DNA from: Adineta vaga
Lineage: Eukaryota > Animalia > Rotifera
DNA length: 64,000 nucleotides
NCBI GenBank assembly: GCA_021613535.1
Contig: CP075497.1
Location: forward strand, 5,766,001 to 5,830,000
Reading direction: 5' to 3'
The notes under the pieces were generated by a model. It saw only the letters and a program-made list of their open reading frames with translations, searched no databases and was not told the origin of the DNA. The position numbers and the translations under genes are program-made. The first letter of the stretch is position 1, and the number at the start of each line of letters is the position of its first letter. Shown here in pieces: positions 11,683 through 25,458 of this stretch.

Positions 11683-14600
11683 ATGCCTGCACCGTCAAAG
11701 ATTCTTACAAGTAAAAGATCAGTCGTTAGTGGAGTAGATAATGATCAGAATTCCGCTGCAATGAAATATTTACGTCCAACTGATATTAATTCGAAAGATA
11801 GTATCGCTGATGCAACGACAGCGAATGAATGGGCAGCAAAAAAATATGTTTGGGTACCTGATGAACAAGAAGGTTTCGTTCGTGGACAAATTCGGCAAGA
11901 ACAAGCTGATGGACAATTATTAATTGATTTAGAAACAGGAAAACGTGTTACCATACATAAAGATGATACACAACGTGTCAATCCTCCAAAATTTAGTAAA
12001 GTTGAAGATATGTCGGAATTGACATGTTTAAATGATGCATCTGTACTATTCAATTTAAAAGAACGTTATTATTCGGGTTTAATCTATACTTATTCAGGTT
12101 TATTTTGTGTTGTTGTTAATCCTTATAGACGTTTACCTATCTATTCGGAAAATGTTATTGATATTTATAAAGGAAAAAAACGTGAACAAATGCCACCACA
12201 TATATTTGCTATTGCTGGTGATGCATATCGTTTAATGCTACAGAATCGTGAAGATCAATCAATTTTATGCACGTAAGTATATTTCAATTCGATTTGCACA
12301 TTTTCATCCTTGTTTTTTGAATTTTTAGTGGAGAATCTGGTGCTGGTAAAACTGAGAATACGAAAAAAGTAATTCAATATTTAGCTCATATTGCTGCAGC
12401 ACCGAAAAGCTTTCAACGAACATCAGGCGGAAGTATTAGTCAATATCAGGTAAAATCTAATGATATTTAATTTTGTTATCGGTGAATCGAATAAGTTACT
12501 TTTTATAGCAACTGAATTCAAGAGCATCTGATGGATCTGTATGTAAAAAGAAAGAACATTTCTTTGTTTATAAAATTTAACATCTTTTAGGGTGAATTAG
12601 AAACTCAGCTTCTTGAAGCTAATCCAATTTTAGAAGGTAAATATTTAATTGAAGATAGTTTTATCGATGATGTTAATTTATTATTTAGCTTTTGGTAATG
12701 CTAAAACGGTGAAAAATGACAATTCATCTCGTTTCGGAAAATTTATTCGTATTAATTTTGATACATCCGGTTTTATTGCTGGTGCATCCATTGAAACTTA
12801 TCTATTAGAAAAATCTCGTGCTATCCGTCAAGCTAAAGATGAACGAACATTCCATATTTTCTATCAATTATTACGAGGTGCAAATACAAAAATGATTGGT
12901 GATTATTTACTAGAAGATTTTACACGTTATCGTTATTTAACACATGGAAATGTGACATTAGCTGGTATTGATGATGCACAAGAATTTCAACATACAGTTA
13001 AAGCTATGCAAATCATGGGTATAACCATTGAAGAATTGAATTCGATTTTTCGAACAATATCAGCTGTTTTACAAATGGGTAATATGCAATTTAAACAAGA
13101 TCGAAACAGTGATCAAGCGACATTACCAGATAATACAGTAGCACAAAAAGCTTGTCATCTATTAGGAATACCGGTAACAGATTTTGTTCGATCATTTTTA
13201 AAACCAAAACTTAAAGTTGGAAGAGATTTTGTTACAAAAGCACAAACACAATCTCAAGTAAGAGGAAACGATTTTACAAAGAAAAGAAAACTTCAGAGAA
13301 ATTTCTAGGTGGACTTTGCTGTTGAAGCAATATCAAAAGCAATTTATGAACGTATGTTTAAATGGATTGTTGCACGTATTAATAAATCATTCGATCGAAG
13401 TAAACGACAAGGTTCATCATTCATTGGAATTCTTGATATTGCTGGTTTTGAAATCTTTCAAATGAATTCTTTTGAACAACTATGCATTAACTATACTAAT
13501 GAAAAATTACAACAATTATTTAATCATACAATGTTCATTCTTGAACAAGAAGAATATCGACGAGAAAATATCGATTGGGAATTTATGGATTTTGGTCTTG
13601 ATCTTCAACCAACAATTGATCTCATTGAAAAAGTATGTTAGAAAACAAAAAACAAAATATAGTTTGATTAGAATAGATGCATTTCTTTTTGTTTTAGCAA
13701 ATGGGTATTTTAAGTTTATTAGATGAAGAATGTTGGTTTCCAAAAGCAACTGATCGAACATATGTTGACAAATTAATCAATACTCATGCACAACATCCTA
13801 AATTTGGTTGAGTATTATAATAACAATATCATGTTAAATTTCATAGGTTTTGTTGTCTTATAGGAAGACCAAATTATAAAGCTCCAGCTGATTTTAGTAT
13901 TATACATTATGCTGGTAAAGTTGAATATTCTGCCGAACAATGGTTAATGAAAAATATGGATCCATTAAATGATAATGTTGTTGTACTTTTACAAACATCG
14001 AATGATCCATTTACACGTGAAATATGGAAAGATGGTGAGTAAATCCGTGTTCATATTCGAATACATGATTTCGTCTTCAGTGAATACATCGAGAATGAGA
14101 TCATATCTCATTCTTCGACATTATACTCTAACACCTTCTTATAGTGAGTTAAGCATGAAGATTTATTGTGCAGTGTTGTGATGATATTATTCAGTTTTGA
14201 TGATATGAATTGTATGCACTTGTTTGCTTTTCTAGCGGAAATTGTTGGTTTATCAGCAACAGATCAAAATGATACAGCAGTAATCTTAAAATCAACAATA
14301 AAAAAAGGCATGTTTAGAACAGTAGGACAACTTTATAAAGAACAATTAACAAAATTAATGGCTACATTAAAAAATACCAATCCCAATTTCGTTCGATGTA
14401 TTATTCCTAATCATCAGAAAAAGGTTTGTACAAATTATTCTATTCTATAAAAACTATTACAAAAACATACTGTTCGATGTGTAGGCAGGCATTATCAATT
14501 CACCATTGGTACTTGATCAATTGAGATGTAATGGTGTATTGGAAGGTATTCGTATCTGTAGAAATGGTTTTCCAAATCGTATTCTTTTTCAAGAATTTCG

Positions 14601-17600
14601 TCAACGGTAAAGATTATTTCGAAGAAAATCTTCTTCAATTGTGTTTCATCATATCATTTATTGTAGTTATGAAATTCTTTGTCCAAATGTTATTCCAAAA
14701 GGATTTATGGACGGAAAAGCAGCAGCTCAAAAGATGGTCACTATAATCTTTACAGAAATATATCTTGTCTAAGTTCAATGATTTCATTAATTTAGATCAA
14801 AGAACTTGAACTTGATGAAAATCTTTATCGAATTGGTCTTACAAAAATCTTTTTTCGTTCAGGTGTTCTTGCACATTTAGAAGAAGAACGTGATCTTAAA
14901 CTAACTGATATTATTACACATCTTCAAGCGTTATGTCGTGGTGTCCTTGCTCGAAAGTAAATGAGTTCTTTTCGATAGTTTGAAATTTGTTTTGATAATA
15001 ATTCACTTTTCTAAAAGAAATTATCAACGACGTTTTCAACAACTGAATGCAATTCGTGTTATTCAACGTAATGGTCGTGCTCTAATGAAGATTCGTAATT
15101 GGAGATGGTGGCGTTTATTTACAAGTATAAAACCTCTGTTACAAGTAACAAGACAAGATGAAGAATTAAGTCAACGAGATGATGAAATTCGTCGATTAAG
15201 AATGGAGATGGAATCACGTGTATTACAAGCACAAGAAACGGAACATATTTTACAACAAATTCAACAAGAACGTGGTATTTTGAATGAAAGAGTTATTCAT
15301 TTAAATGAAGTTTTAGTCGAATCCGATGATGTAAGTGGCACAGTTTCATGAAATTACATTTAAATTCTTTTCTTTATTAAAGAATTTACGTCGAGTACAA
15401 TCACGTAAATTTGAACTTGAAAATATGTTACAAGAAATGGAACAACGTTTACGAGAAGCACTGGATCAAGTGAATCATTGGAGTAATGAACGACAGCAAT
15501 TTGATCAACGAATACGTGATACAAATGAACAGTAAATAATTATATATAGAAGAAAAAAAAAAAGAGAAATATTTCATTTTATCAATCGTTTCTTTTTTCA
15601 AAGACTCGAAGAAGAGGAACAAACACGACAGAAATTACAAGTTGAACGCGTTCAATTAGAAGGAAAACTAAAGAATTTAGAAGAACTTGTAGCAAGACAA
15701 CAGAATGATTTAACTAAAGTAAGAAAAACAGTCAAAATAGAATGTTTTTGTTTCTTCAAAAGATTGAGTTCTAATTTAGTTTCAAAAGGAACGTAAAATT
15801 CTTGAAGATAAAGTACAAGAAATCAGCAATGTAAGACAAGATGAGGAAGAAAAATTGAAAAATCTTCTACGAATTAAAACCAAATTAGAAAGTCATTGTA
15901 ATGATCTTGAAGAACGACTAAAACGTGAAAATGAGGTTTGTTTATTTACTTTTTTTACATTTTATTAAACGCTTCTAATGAATTAAGCTGATTTTCCAAT
16001 AAAGTTTAATTAATCTTTGTTTAGCTTCGTCAAAAATTAGAACGTGAAGTTCGACGATTAGAAGTGGAAAATCAAGATCTTCGTCATCAATTACAAGATC
16101 GTTTACAAAACTATGATGATTTACAGAGTCAATTGAAACGTCGAGAAGAAGATTTAAATAAAGCAATAGTTAATATGGAAAGTGATGCAGCAACAAAGGC
16201 AGCATTTCAGAAACAAATACGTGATTTTCAATCGAAACTTGATGATTTACAAGCCGATATGGAAAGTGAACGTGAATCACGTAAACGTTTAGAACGTGAA
16301 AAACGTGAATTGATGGAAGAAATTGAATCGTTACGTCATGAAATTCTTGATACAACAGATATAAGTCATGAAATGGTTGAACGAGAAAAGAAACGTGAAG
16401 AAGAATTATCAGCAGTCAAACGTTTACTTGATCAAGTTCATAAAGATCGAGAACTAACAATAACTGATTTACGTTCAAAATATGGAAAAGAAAATGAAGA
16501 ATTAACAAATCATTTAGAAAATACAAAAAAACAATTACAAACATTCACAAAAGATCGTCAAACATATCAGACAGATCTTCGAGATCGTGATAATCAAATC
16601 AAAGAGTTAAATGCAGCGAAACAAGAAATCGAAAGAAAACGACGTCAATTAGAAACTCAAGTACAAGAACTTCTTCATAAATTCAATGAAAGTGAACGTA
16701 TTAGAAATGAAACATTCGATAGATCTCAACGTTGTCAACAGGATATCGAAAGTTTAAATGCTTCGTATATTGAAGTTGAACAACGTTTACAAAATCATGA
16801 ACGTACAAATGCAACATTAAAACAAGAAAATCAAGAATTACACGAAAATCTTCAAGAAGAAAATCGTCAAAAAATGAATGTTCTTTCTAAACTTCGTCAA
16901 GCAGAAGATCTAATTAATGAATTCAAAGATCGATTAGAAGATAAAGAAGAAGAACGGCAAAAAGTCGAAACAAAATTTGTACAAATTACTCAACAATATA
17001 ATGAAATACGTCGTCAAGCAGAATTAGTTAATGTTGAACAACTCGAAGAATTTCGTCGACAAGTTCAACGTGAAAAGGATACGTTATTACAAGAAATTGA
17101 AAGTGAAAAATCTGTTAATTCAAAATTTTCGAAATCTAATCAAAAATTAACTAACGATATTGCTGATCTCAATGTTGAATTAGAACGTTATCGTACAATT
17201 GTACAAAATGTTGAAAAACAACAACGTACATTCGAAAAACGTGTTCAAGATGAGAAAAGTATTCAAGATAAATTACGTCAAGAACGTGATAAAAATGAAA
17301 AAGAAATACGAGAAAAAGAAACACAACGTTTAAATCTTTTGAAAGATTTAGAAGAACGAAATATTCTATATGAAGATTTAGAAAAACGTTATAAACAATT
17401 ACGTGATTATGTTGATAGTACCAGTCAAGCAACTGATGATGTCGGAAGATATATTCAAGAATTAGAAAAAAATAAACGAACACTTGGTAAGTTTACAATT
17501 AAAGACTTTATTTTTTGGCATATATGATCATTTCATGTTGTCTTAGATGCTACTGTTGAAGATCAAAAACAACAAATAATTGAACTTGAGGATGAATTAC

Positions 17601-19601
17601 AAACATCTGAAGATGCTCGTTTACGACTTGAAGTCAATGTTGGTGCTCTGAAACAACAAGTTGAAAAACTTGCACTCGATTATAACGCTGAAGTTGAAGA
17701 ACGTGTACGTTCTGTTAGTAAACGATTAAAAGAATACGAAGTTGAACTTCAAGATGAACAAAAATCGAAACAACAAATTCTTCAACAACGAAAAAAACTT
17801 GAACTTGATTTACAAGCAGCATTACAACAAATCGAAGAAGCTAATCGTGCTAGAGATGAAGCCATACGTACTAGCCGTAAATTACAAGTAAAAAAGTTCG
17901 AGATTATGATTAAGAATAGGAATTGTTGGATTTCATTTAGATTCAAATCCGAGATTTAACCCGTGATTTAGAAGAAATTCGACGTATCGATACTGTAGCT
18001 AATCAAACGGCTAAAGATTGGCAAACTAAAGTGAAAGCGATTGAACAGGCGATTCAAAAATTAACAGAAGAAAAAGATCTTTTGGAAAGACAACTTCGTC
18101 AAACACAAACTGAACGTAATGAACTTCAACAAGAAATAACAACTCTTAGTAGAGAATGGTAAAATGAATAGAGTTAAGTTACAGAATTCATCAATGTAAG
18201 TGATAATTTAGGGGTACATTTATGGATGAAAAACGTCGATATGAAGCACGTGTTCATCAACTTGAAGAGGAACTTGAAGAAGAACGAACAATATCAGATT
18301 TAAATGTTGATAAATTAAAGAAATTAGCTATGTCCTATGAACAAACACTGCTTGATATTGCTACAGAAAAATCGAATAATGAAAAGCTTGAAGTATGTTT
18401 TCGATTGAAGCAAACGACATTTTCATTATTTTTTCATTGAATAGATCATTGTAGCAAATCTTGAACGTCAAATTCAAGAGTTTCGAAAGAAACTAGAAAG
18501 TAATGATGGATCCGTGAATGAATCATTAAGATCAAGAGTAATGGCATGTGAAACAAAGATTCATTCATATGAAGAACAACTTGATAGTGAAATTCGGTGA
18601 GAATAACCATTATTTGAAAGTTTATATCGATTATACGTATATTTTATTTCATTTAGAGAAAAACAGAAAGCTCTACGAAACGTCCGATCACTTGAAAAAC
18701 GTCTTCGCGAAGCTGCTATTGTTGTTGAAGAAGCTCAAAAACAAGTGAATAGTTATCGAGAACAAGTGAACAATTTATTTTTGAATATTACAATAGATTC
18801 ATAAAGTTTTCTTTTGTCTTTTAGATTGATAAAAGTAATATGCGTTTACGTAATTCAAAACGTACAATCGATGAATTAGAAGAGAAAATAACTGAATTGA
18901 AACATCGTTTACGTCGAGCACAACGTGAAAAAGATGAAATTGAAGAAACAGCGTTCCCACGAAATCGGTAAAAAAAAATAAAGAAAACTTTGAGATAATA
19001 TTATTTTCTTTTACTCTAACATTGAATGAACTAATCTAATCGAATTTATTTTCTTCTTCTTAACTAATATTAAATTAGAAGAGAATCTTCTATGAATGAT
19101 TTATCATCACGTCGTGACTCGAATATAACAAGTATTGATGAAAGTCCTGAGGTATTTCATATCAATATCATCTGATTTACTTTCCTTCTACTCACAGCTT
19201 GTCTCTCTTATTACACTTATGCTTGTGCAGATTTATCTAATCTCACTTGAATTTCTGCTCGAACGGATAATTCAATTTTTAACAAATGAAGTGAATTTTG
19301 TATGAGAAATTCTTCTTCTTCTATTTATCGAAGAATTTTGCATGTGCATTTCTTTCTTCATACAAAAATCTACTTCATATAGGATAACTTTCTTTCGTTA
19401 TTTTTCAGTCCATCTACAATTCATAATTCTGCAACATCTTATATAAAAGCTTTTGTTACAACAACGAAATTTTATTCCGAAATGTCTGATGATGATTTTC
19501 AATCTGAAGCAACGAATACCACTGCTTCCGATACACTTAATGGTGGAAATACATCTATACGAAATAGTACTGCTGATGATTACAATCGTGGAAATCATTA
19601 G
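11683..19601 (+). CDS. Non-muscle myosin II heavy chain (MYH9/MYH10/zipper-like)
   Basis: P-loop [17 protein letters not shown], switch [11 protein letters not shown], switch [48 protein letters not shown], then a long coiled-coil rod. Many short introns; last exon ends ...DDYNRGNH* at 19599-19601. Confidence 0.95.
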
Positions 19602-20715
19602 AAAGAAACTCTTTTTTTGTTTTCCACTCCATTTGCATCTGTATATGTGTGCGTGTGTGAGCATATTTTTCTTTTATAATATATCATTGTGAATAGATTG
19701 TGCGTAAGCTTATGCTCTATTTTTTCATTATAGTTTAGGCTTATTATCGTTTTTTTTTCTGGTTGAGATAAAACAAATTTTTATAGAAACATTCCATGTG
19801 CACATTTTCTCGTTTTTGAAATTTTTAATCGGTTTATTCTCTGGAAATTCTTTTGTATTTATATCACTGCTTCGATATTATCAATATTTGCCGTTTTTCT
19901 TTATATTTTCCTTCCTTTTGCACATCAAATATAGCTTTCATATATATTGTTTACTATACACATGTGTATGTAGATGGTGATAAACAAACTAAAGAATTAT
20001 CATAAATCTTCATCGTAATAATGCACTTGATTCAATCGTTGAATATTCTTATACAAAGAAGCTTCTCATTACCATGTATTTGATAGCAAATCTTGTCTTT
20101 TTTCTTTCATGAATTAGATCTCTCATAGATTAAACATGGCTCGTCGTTACATTATTTCTAATTTAATTTTAATTCTGATTATTTTAAAGCGTATTTTCCT
20201 TGTGCTTTTTAAGAATGCTTTATTCTAATCCCATTTTCCGTTTCCTTGCATTTTCTTATTAAATATATATTATGCATCAAGGTTGCAATGATCGTAACTA
20301 TTTCTTCATCTAACCAAATAATATTCAAAGAGTAAATCTGATGTGAACTAACGAAATTCGACTCAACGAATATAGACGATATCTGTCTTTATTTTTTTCG
20401 ATTTCAAAGCTCGACATCATATAAAGAAGATCATTTCTATAATTCAAGTCGATTCATCATTACCACAAATAAGATTATATAGTCATAGAATTCAAACTGT
20501 TGTTCATCTAATCAAAAACGATTATTTATCAAACTATTCATGATGTCTAAATTTCTTCGTTTGAGTGCTCACATCTTCCTGTGTCACAACTTTCATATAA
20601 TCGCAGTTGGATCCTATTTTTGATATATAAATTGTTTCTTCTCTATTCTTTCGATCTAAACATATATGTCAACGGAAATTATCTCGAATACAATATATCC
20701 GCTTTTAGTTGTTAG

Positions 20716-22949
20716 TCAATTGTATGAATGACTTTTATTTTTTATTATTTCTTTTCTTTACAACAACAATAGCATATTAATAGAAATGCGAATAATAGTA
20801 ATAAACATATGGCATTGATGTAGAAAAGTAATAATTGACATAGAAGTAATGTACAAGTATAAGCTATTATACGGCCCATAGAACGAATAGCAAGTATTTG
20901 AGCAAATCTCGATGATGAAGAAAATTTTGTTGAACTGCATAGATAATCTAGTAAGAGAGTTTATCGATTGATATAGAAGAATTTGGTGAATGAAATGACT
21001 TACAAGTAGCAATTGTTGACCAAAGACCAATAACAATTCCAAACGATAAAAATAAAATATACTTTATAATTAGTGGTGAAATATAAGCTATAGTTTGGGC
21101 TCGACTAAAAAATAATAATGCTAATGTTAAACAATGAAAACATGTTGTAAATGATATTAAAATCTAAAGAAGAAAACAAAAATGCGAGATTAAAATCAAA
21201 TTATTTGAATAAATTTTTGTTTGTATTATCTACCGTTAATGAAATTCGTTCAATAACAAGAGGAATTAATGTACTAGAAAGAGTGGCACCTAATCCATAG
21301 ATAATCATCATTTCAACTGTATGTCGTAAACCAAAAAGACATGTAACATCAAACTAAAACAAAACAAAAAAGAAAGAAAGAATGATACAAATATGTTTTG
21401 ATTCAAATCTCGAAGATTTACTTTTGTAATACTACCAAAAAGATATCCTTCTTGAAAACCAATAAATAATGCAAATAAATAATGACGACAACGATATAAT
21501 CTTTTCGATGAAATGGATATTTCTTTTTGTGCATCTTCATTCGAATAATACAGAATTGAAAACCGTCGACTCATACTTAATACAGATGTTGTCCATTCTG
21601 CACCTGCTTGTGGTAATAAACTAATAATTGTTAAAATTAATAATGTAACGAAGAAAATGTAACGCACGGGTTCATTTCGCCATTCTAAAATTAAAAAATA
21701 CAATATTAGTTAATAAGATAATTAGAAATAAGTACACGAGAAAGACAGTACCTTGTTTCTTTTCATTTAAATGTAGAGTTAAATTAACTAATATGGGTTG
21801 TGGTGGTGGTTTTAATAATCGTACATCATCATCTATTTGTTTATGAAATTGATAACAGGGAATTAAAAGACATGGTTGTGCACCAATTAAAACATATTCT
21901 CTTCTATATTGTTGATATAGTATGATAGCAAAAAGAAAAAGTCCGCCTATTGTTAATGATAAATGACATATAGAGTTATAAATAAATGCAAATGTATTAA
22001 GTCGTTTTGCTAATCTTTGAACACTTTGAATTGGTAATGATGTTGATAATTGTAAAATATGATCGAATGTTTTCACCATCATACAACTATAACTAAGACC
22101 ACTAATAGTGGCACTTAATAACAATGTATAGTAACATGATTCACAATATTGCATTGCTACCCATGTACCTGTAAACATTGTTGCAAGAACAATGAGAATT
22201 TGTGAACAACGATCGTAAGCAAGAACACTCGATATGGTCCAACGATATCGAACAATATGAATACGTGATGCATGTGTAGCTAAAAGAATAGCTCCAACAA
22301 AAGCACATAAATGAAATGTTAATAATGTTTGAAAACTTAGTTTCTCGGAATAGATCGATGTCTGTAAGATTTCCGTAGAGAAAAGACTAGCGAGAGCAAA
22401 TGCAGATGCAAACGAACGAATAATTACTATTCGATAGATCGAGGTCATTGACACTGTGGACACATTTGAACAATCATTACTTTCACCCATTGATGAAGGT
22501 GCAGCCAATGAACTTCTAGCTGAAAGAAGATTTGTTGGCGATAATGTATTACGAGATTTATGATGAGCTGGTCGAAGTGCATGAACTGGTGAATCAAGTA
22601 AATTCGTTGCATTTTCCAATAAAAAATCATTATCAGGTGAGCGAACTACTGGTTGACTTAAACTTCGTTGTAAACTATTGCTTTCATTTGTATTTGAACG
22701 TTTAATATGTGTACTACGAAGTGATTGAGTTGTATGAGAATGATTATTCATAGGAGATTCCGATAATGAAGATGATGATGATGATGTTGAAAGCATTTGT
22801 ACCTGATCATGTTTCGATGTACTGATAGCAATTTGATAACTATTTCGACGTGGTAAAATATCATTTGTAATTGGAGTACAATATCGACGATGATAAGGTG
22901 AACTAGCAAACGTTTGAATAAGATATTCGTCTTTGGTATTCAAATCCAT
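20716..22949 (-). CDS. UNC-93-like multipass membrane protein (MFS-like) with long Ser-rich N-terminus
   Basis: Many TM segments and the motif FIGFQEGYLFGSITK/FDVTCLFG resembling the UNC-93 family GxEQxF..F..vsC.lG. Five exons end ...KSHSYN* at 20716. A possible upstream 11-nt coding exon at 23782-23792 splices in frame. Confidence 0.7.
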
Positions 22950-24345
22950 CTGCTTTCTAAATAGGATATAGAGAGAAGAACAAGAAAATATTGTCTTTTT
23001 TGTCTAACACTAAATTTATCATGATCATCGAAGCACTTGAATAATCTACTCAATCATCCCTTGAGAAGAATTCTTTTTCTAGTTTTCCTTCTCGCTTGTT
23101 CTTTGTTAACGGAACAATGTTTCTATTTGCCTTTCTCTCTCTGTCTCTCTGTTTCTCTGTTTCTTTCTTTTCTGTCTATCCATCTATCTATCTCTTCAAT
23201 TATCCTTTTTATTCTCAATATACTCAACTAACAAAAAGAAAAAGAAGAATAAGAAAAATGTTTCATAAATTTTGAACAAGTTAACCATGTAAACATGGCA
23301 TCATGTTAGTTAACCACTCGTACGGATAAAAATTCGAATTATATATAGGTTTTTTTTCTCTCGAATAATTCTTTTTCGTTAATGACTGTCATTATTCTTT
23401 AGAGATTAGCGTGTATAAAAATGACATGCTCACATTCACTTGACATACACAATTAACGCATCTAGATGAAAACCTACCTAAGATGTGTTTTGTTTTGTAG
23501 ACTGTTAGAAAATGAAGAACTTATATGTCTTTATTCTTTGTCGTTTTCGATTGATCCAATGTGAATGAAGAGCCATCTTTACTATTTCTGTTGTATTAAC
23601 AACATAACACAACCGATCGAATCATCTTGTTCTGATACATAGAAGTGATCATTGTAGCGAGAAGTCTCTCTACAATTCTTTCTAAATTTTTTCGTTCTAG
23701 TCGGCATCATCATCATGTTCTTCTGTTACTCTTTTTCTTTTGTGCTTACGCGTTGAAAACTGTAAAGGGGAAATAGCTCACTTGTTCAGCATTCTTTTTC
23801 TCACCCCCCGTTTTCCTTCTCTCTCTCTCTCATTTTCTTCTTCTATAGAAACGAGAAAAAGAAAAGGAAGAAGAAGAAGAGGAAAATAGAGATAGAATGA
23901 TAGAATGAAAAGTTCCGTTAGCATTGAGTGGTACTAGTTGGAGTCCGACCACAACAATGTACGATTGAAGTGGATTTTTTCGACAGACGGCAAGCTTGTT
24001 TGAAACAAAAGAATGAGTCGATTATCGATGACGAGCCAACCTCTTGATTGGAAAACCTCCACTAACGCTAGTGGTATGTATGCTCGTCATCAATTTCATT
24101 ATTTCATCTGTCTCTCTCCGATCACTTCCACTTACATTCTTGCATGTCTCGTTTTTTTTCAACATCGCTTTCGCTTGACAATTTAACAGATCTTGCTTTT
24201 CTCTTCTTGCTCATTCTCTAGACAATATTGATTTGTTGATGGATTCATCTACATAGTTTTTTTTCATTTTCCGCACTATCTATCTAGAATACAATCGAAT
24301 CGGAAGTATGCCTGCATCAATACATATAGAATAGTAGTATATAGT

Positions 24346-25458
24346 TTATAAAGCATGATGAAAAATCAAAATAATAACAATAATATAGACAAGAAATAAA
24401 AGTGTGATATGAAGAACATCTTGTCCACTACTTGAATTAATAGGAACTTTTTGTTTCCATGTCAATTCACTCACGTAAGGTGAACGTTTATCACCAGCTT
24501 TATTCCATCCATGGTAGACGATGTAAGTTGTTTGATTATCAGGTCCACGAATAACTGAATTGTGTCCAGGACCAATAATGATACCATCAATTGAATGTGT
24601 AATTCGAGCTTCATTTGTTGAATCTTCCGTATATGGTCCCATTGGTGAATATGCAATACCATAATCTACACCATATCCTTTAGTTTGCCAATTACTACCA
24701 CTATAAAAACATACATATACATCAGGTTCTTGTTGCCACACAGCAGCTCCTTCTAATGTATACCAATCATATACATGATCATAGATTGATCGATTCGCTT
24801 CGAAGAGTTGCCAATCATGTTTTGCTCGTAAAACAACGGTTTCATTACCAGCTAATCGAGTCATATTATCAAGAAGTCGATCAACAACAATACCAGTGCC
24901 TACACGATAACCATCGTCTGTATCAAGAAAATCTCGAGAATAAAATAAATACCATTGTCCATCTTTTTTATCTTGAAATGGATGTGGATCAATAGCAAAA
25001 AAAAGTTTTGATACATCAGTTAATTCTATTGCTTGACTATCATTATATGGGCCAAGTGGTGATGTAGAGGAAACAACACGTAAACGATGTTTTTTGTCCT
25101 CAAATCCAGCAGAATAGAATAAATAAAAAATATTATCCTTTTCAGCTATTTCAGGTGCCCAGTAAGTATATGGTTGATTAGGTTGTTGTATTACTTGTAA
25201 TACATCACCTGCATATTGCCAAGTAATCGAATCATTCGAAATAAGTCCCGGAAATGTAGAACTATTTCCAGTTAAAGCAGGACCAGTTCCAATCATATAA
25301 TAAATTCCATTAGATTCAAATGCAAATGGATCTGCTAGAGTATTTGACCAGACGGGATTCTTTGGATATACACTAACACTCTCTGGTATTAATATTGAAT
25401 TTACTTGAATTAGAATCGTCGAGAATATTATTAAACTATTTCGCATTCCGTACCGCAT
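24346..25458 (-). CDS. Glycoside hydrolase family 43 (arabinanase/beta-xylosidase-like), intronless, with signal peptide and C-terminal hydrophobic anchor; HGT candidate
   Basis: KNPV...LADPF, YWAPEI, AIDPHPF, TLEGA, GPGHNSVI and YIVYHGW are GH43 five-bladed propeller motifs, with the catalytic Asp/Asp/Glu retained. ATG at 25458 or 25446. Confidence 0.9.
   Translation of the reverse strand: MRYGMRNSLIIFSTILIQVNSILIPESVSVYPKNPVWSNTLADPFAFESNGIYYMIGTGPALTGNSSTFPGLISNDSITWQYAGDVLQVIQQPNQPYTYWAPEIAEKDNIFYLFYSAGFEDKKHRLRVVSSTSPLGPYNDSQAIELTDVSKLFFAIDPHPFQDKKDGQWYLFYSRDFLDTDDGYRVGTGIVVDRLLDNMTRLAGNETVVLRAKHDWQLFEANRSIYDHVYDWYTLEGAAVWQQEPDVYVCFYSGSNWQTKGYGVDYGIAYSPMGPYTEDSTNEARITHSIDGIIIGPGHNSVIRGPDNQTTYIVYHGWNKAGDKRSPYVSELTWKQKVPINSSSGQDVLHITLLFLVYIIVIILIFHHAL

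Noticed and set aside
20758-21042. Apparent frameshift or separate ORF at the 3' end of the UNC-93-like gene
   Set aside because: Manual translation shows two ordinary exons in other frames joined by a GT-AG intron.
24059-24074. CCACTA-acgc-TAGTGG hairpin, and an 8-bp inverted repeat at 38224-38254
   Set aside because: Stems this short are expected by chance in 64 kb; no terminator or Helitron-end context.
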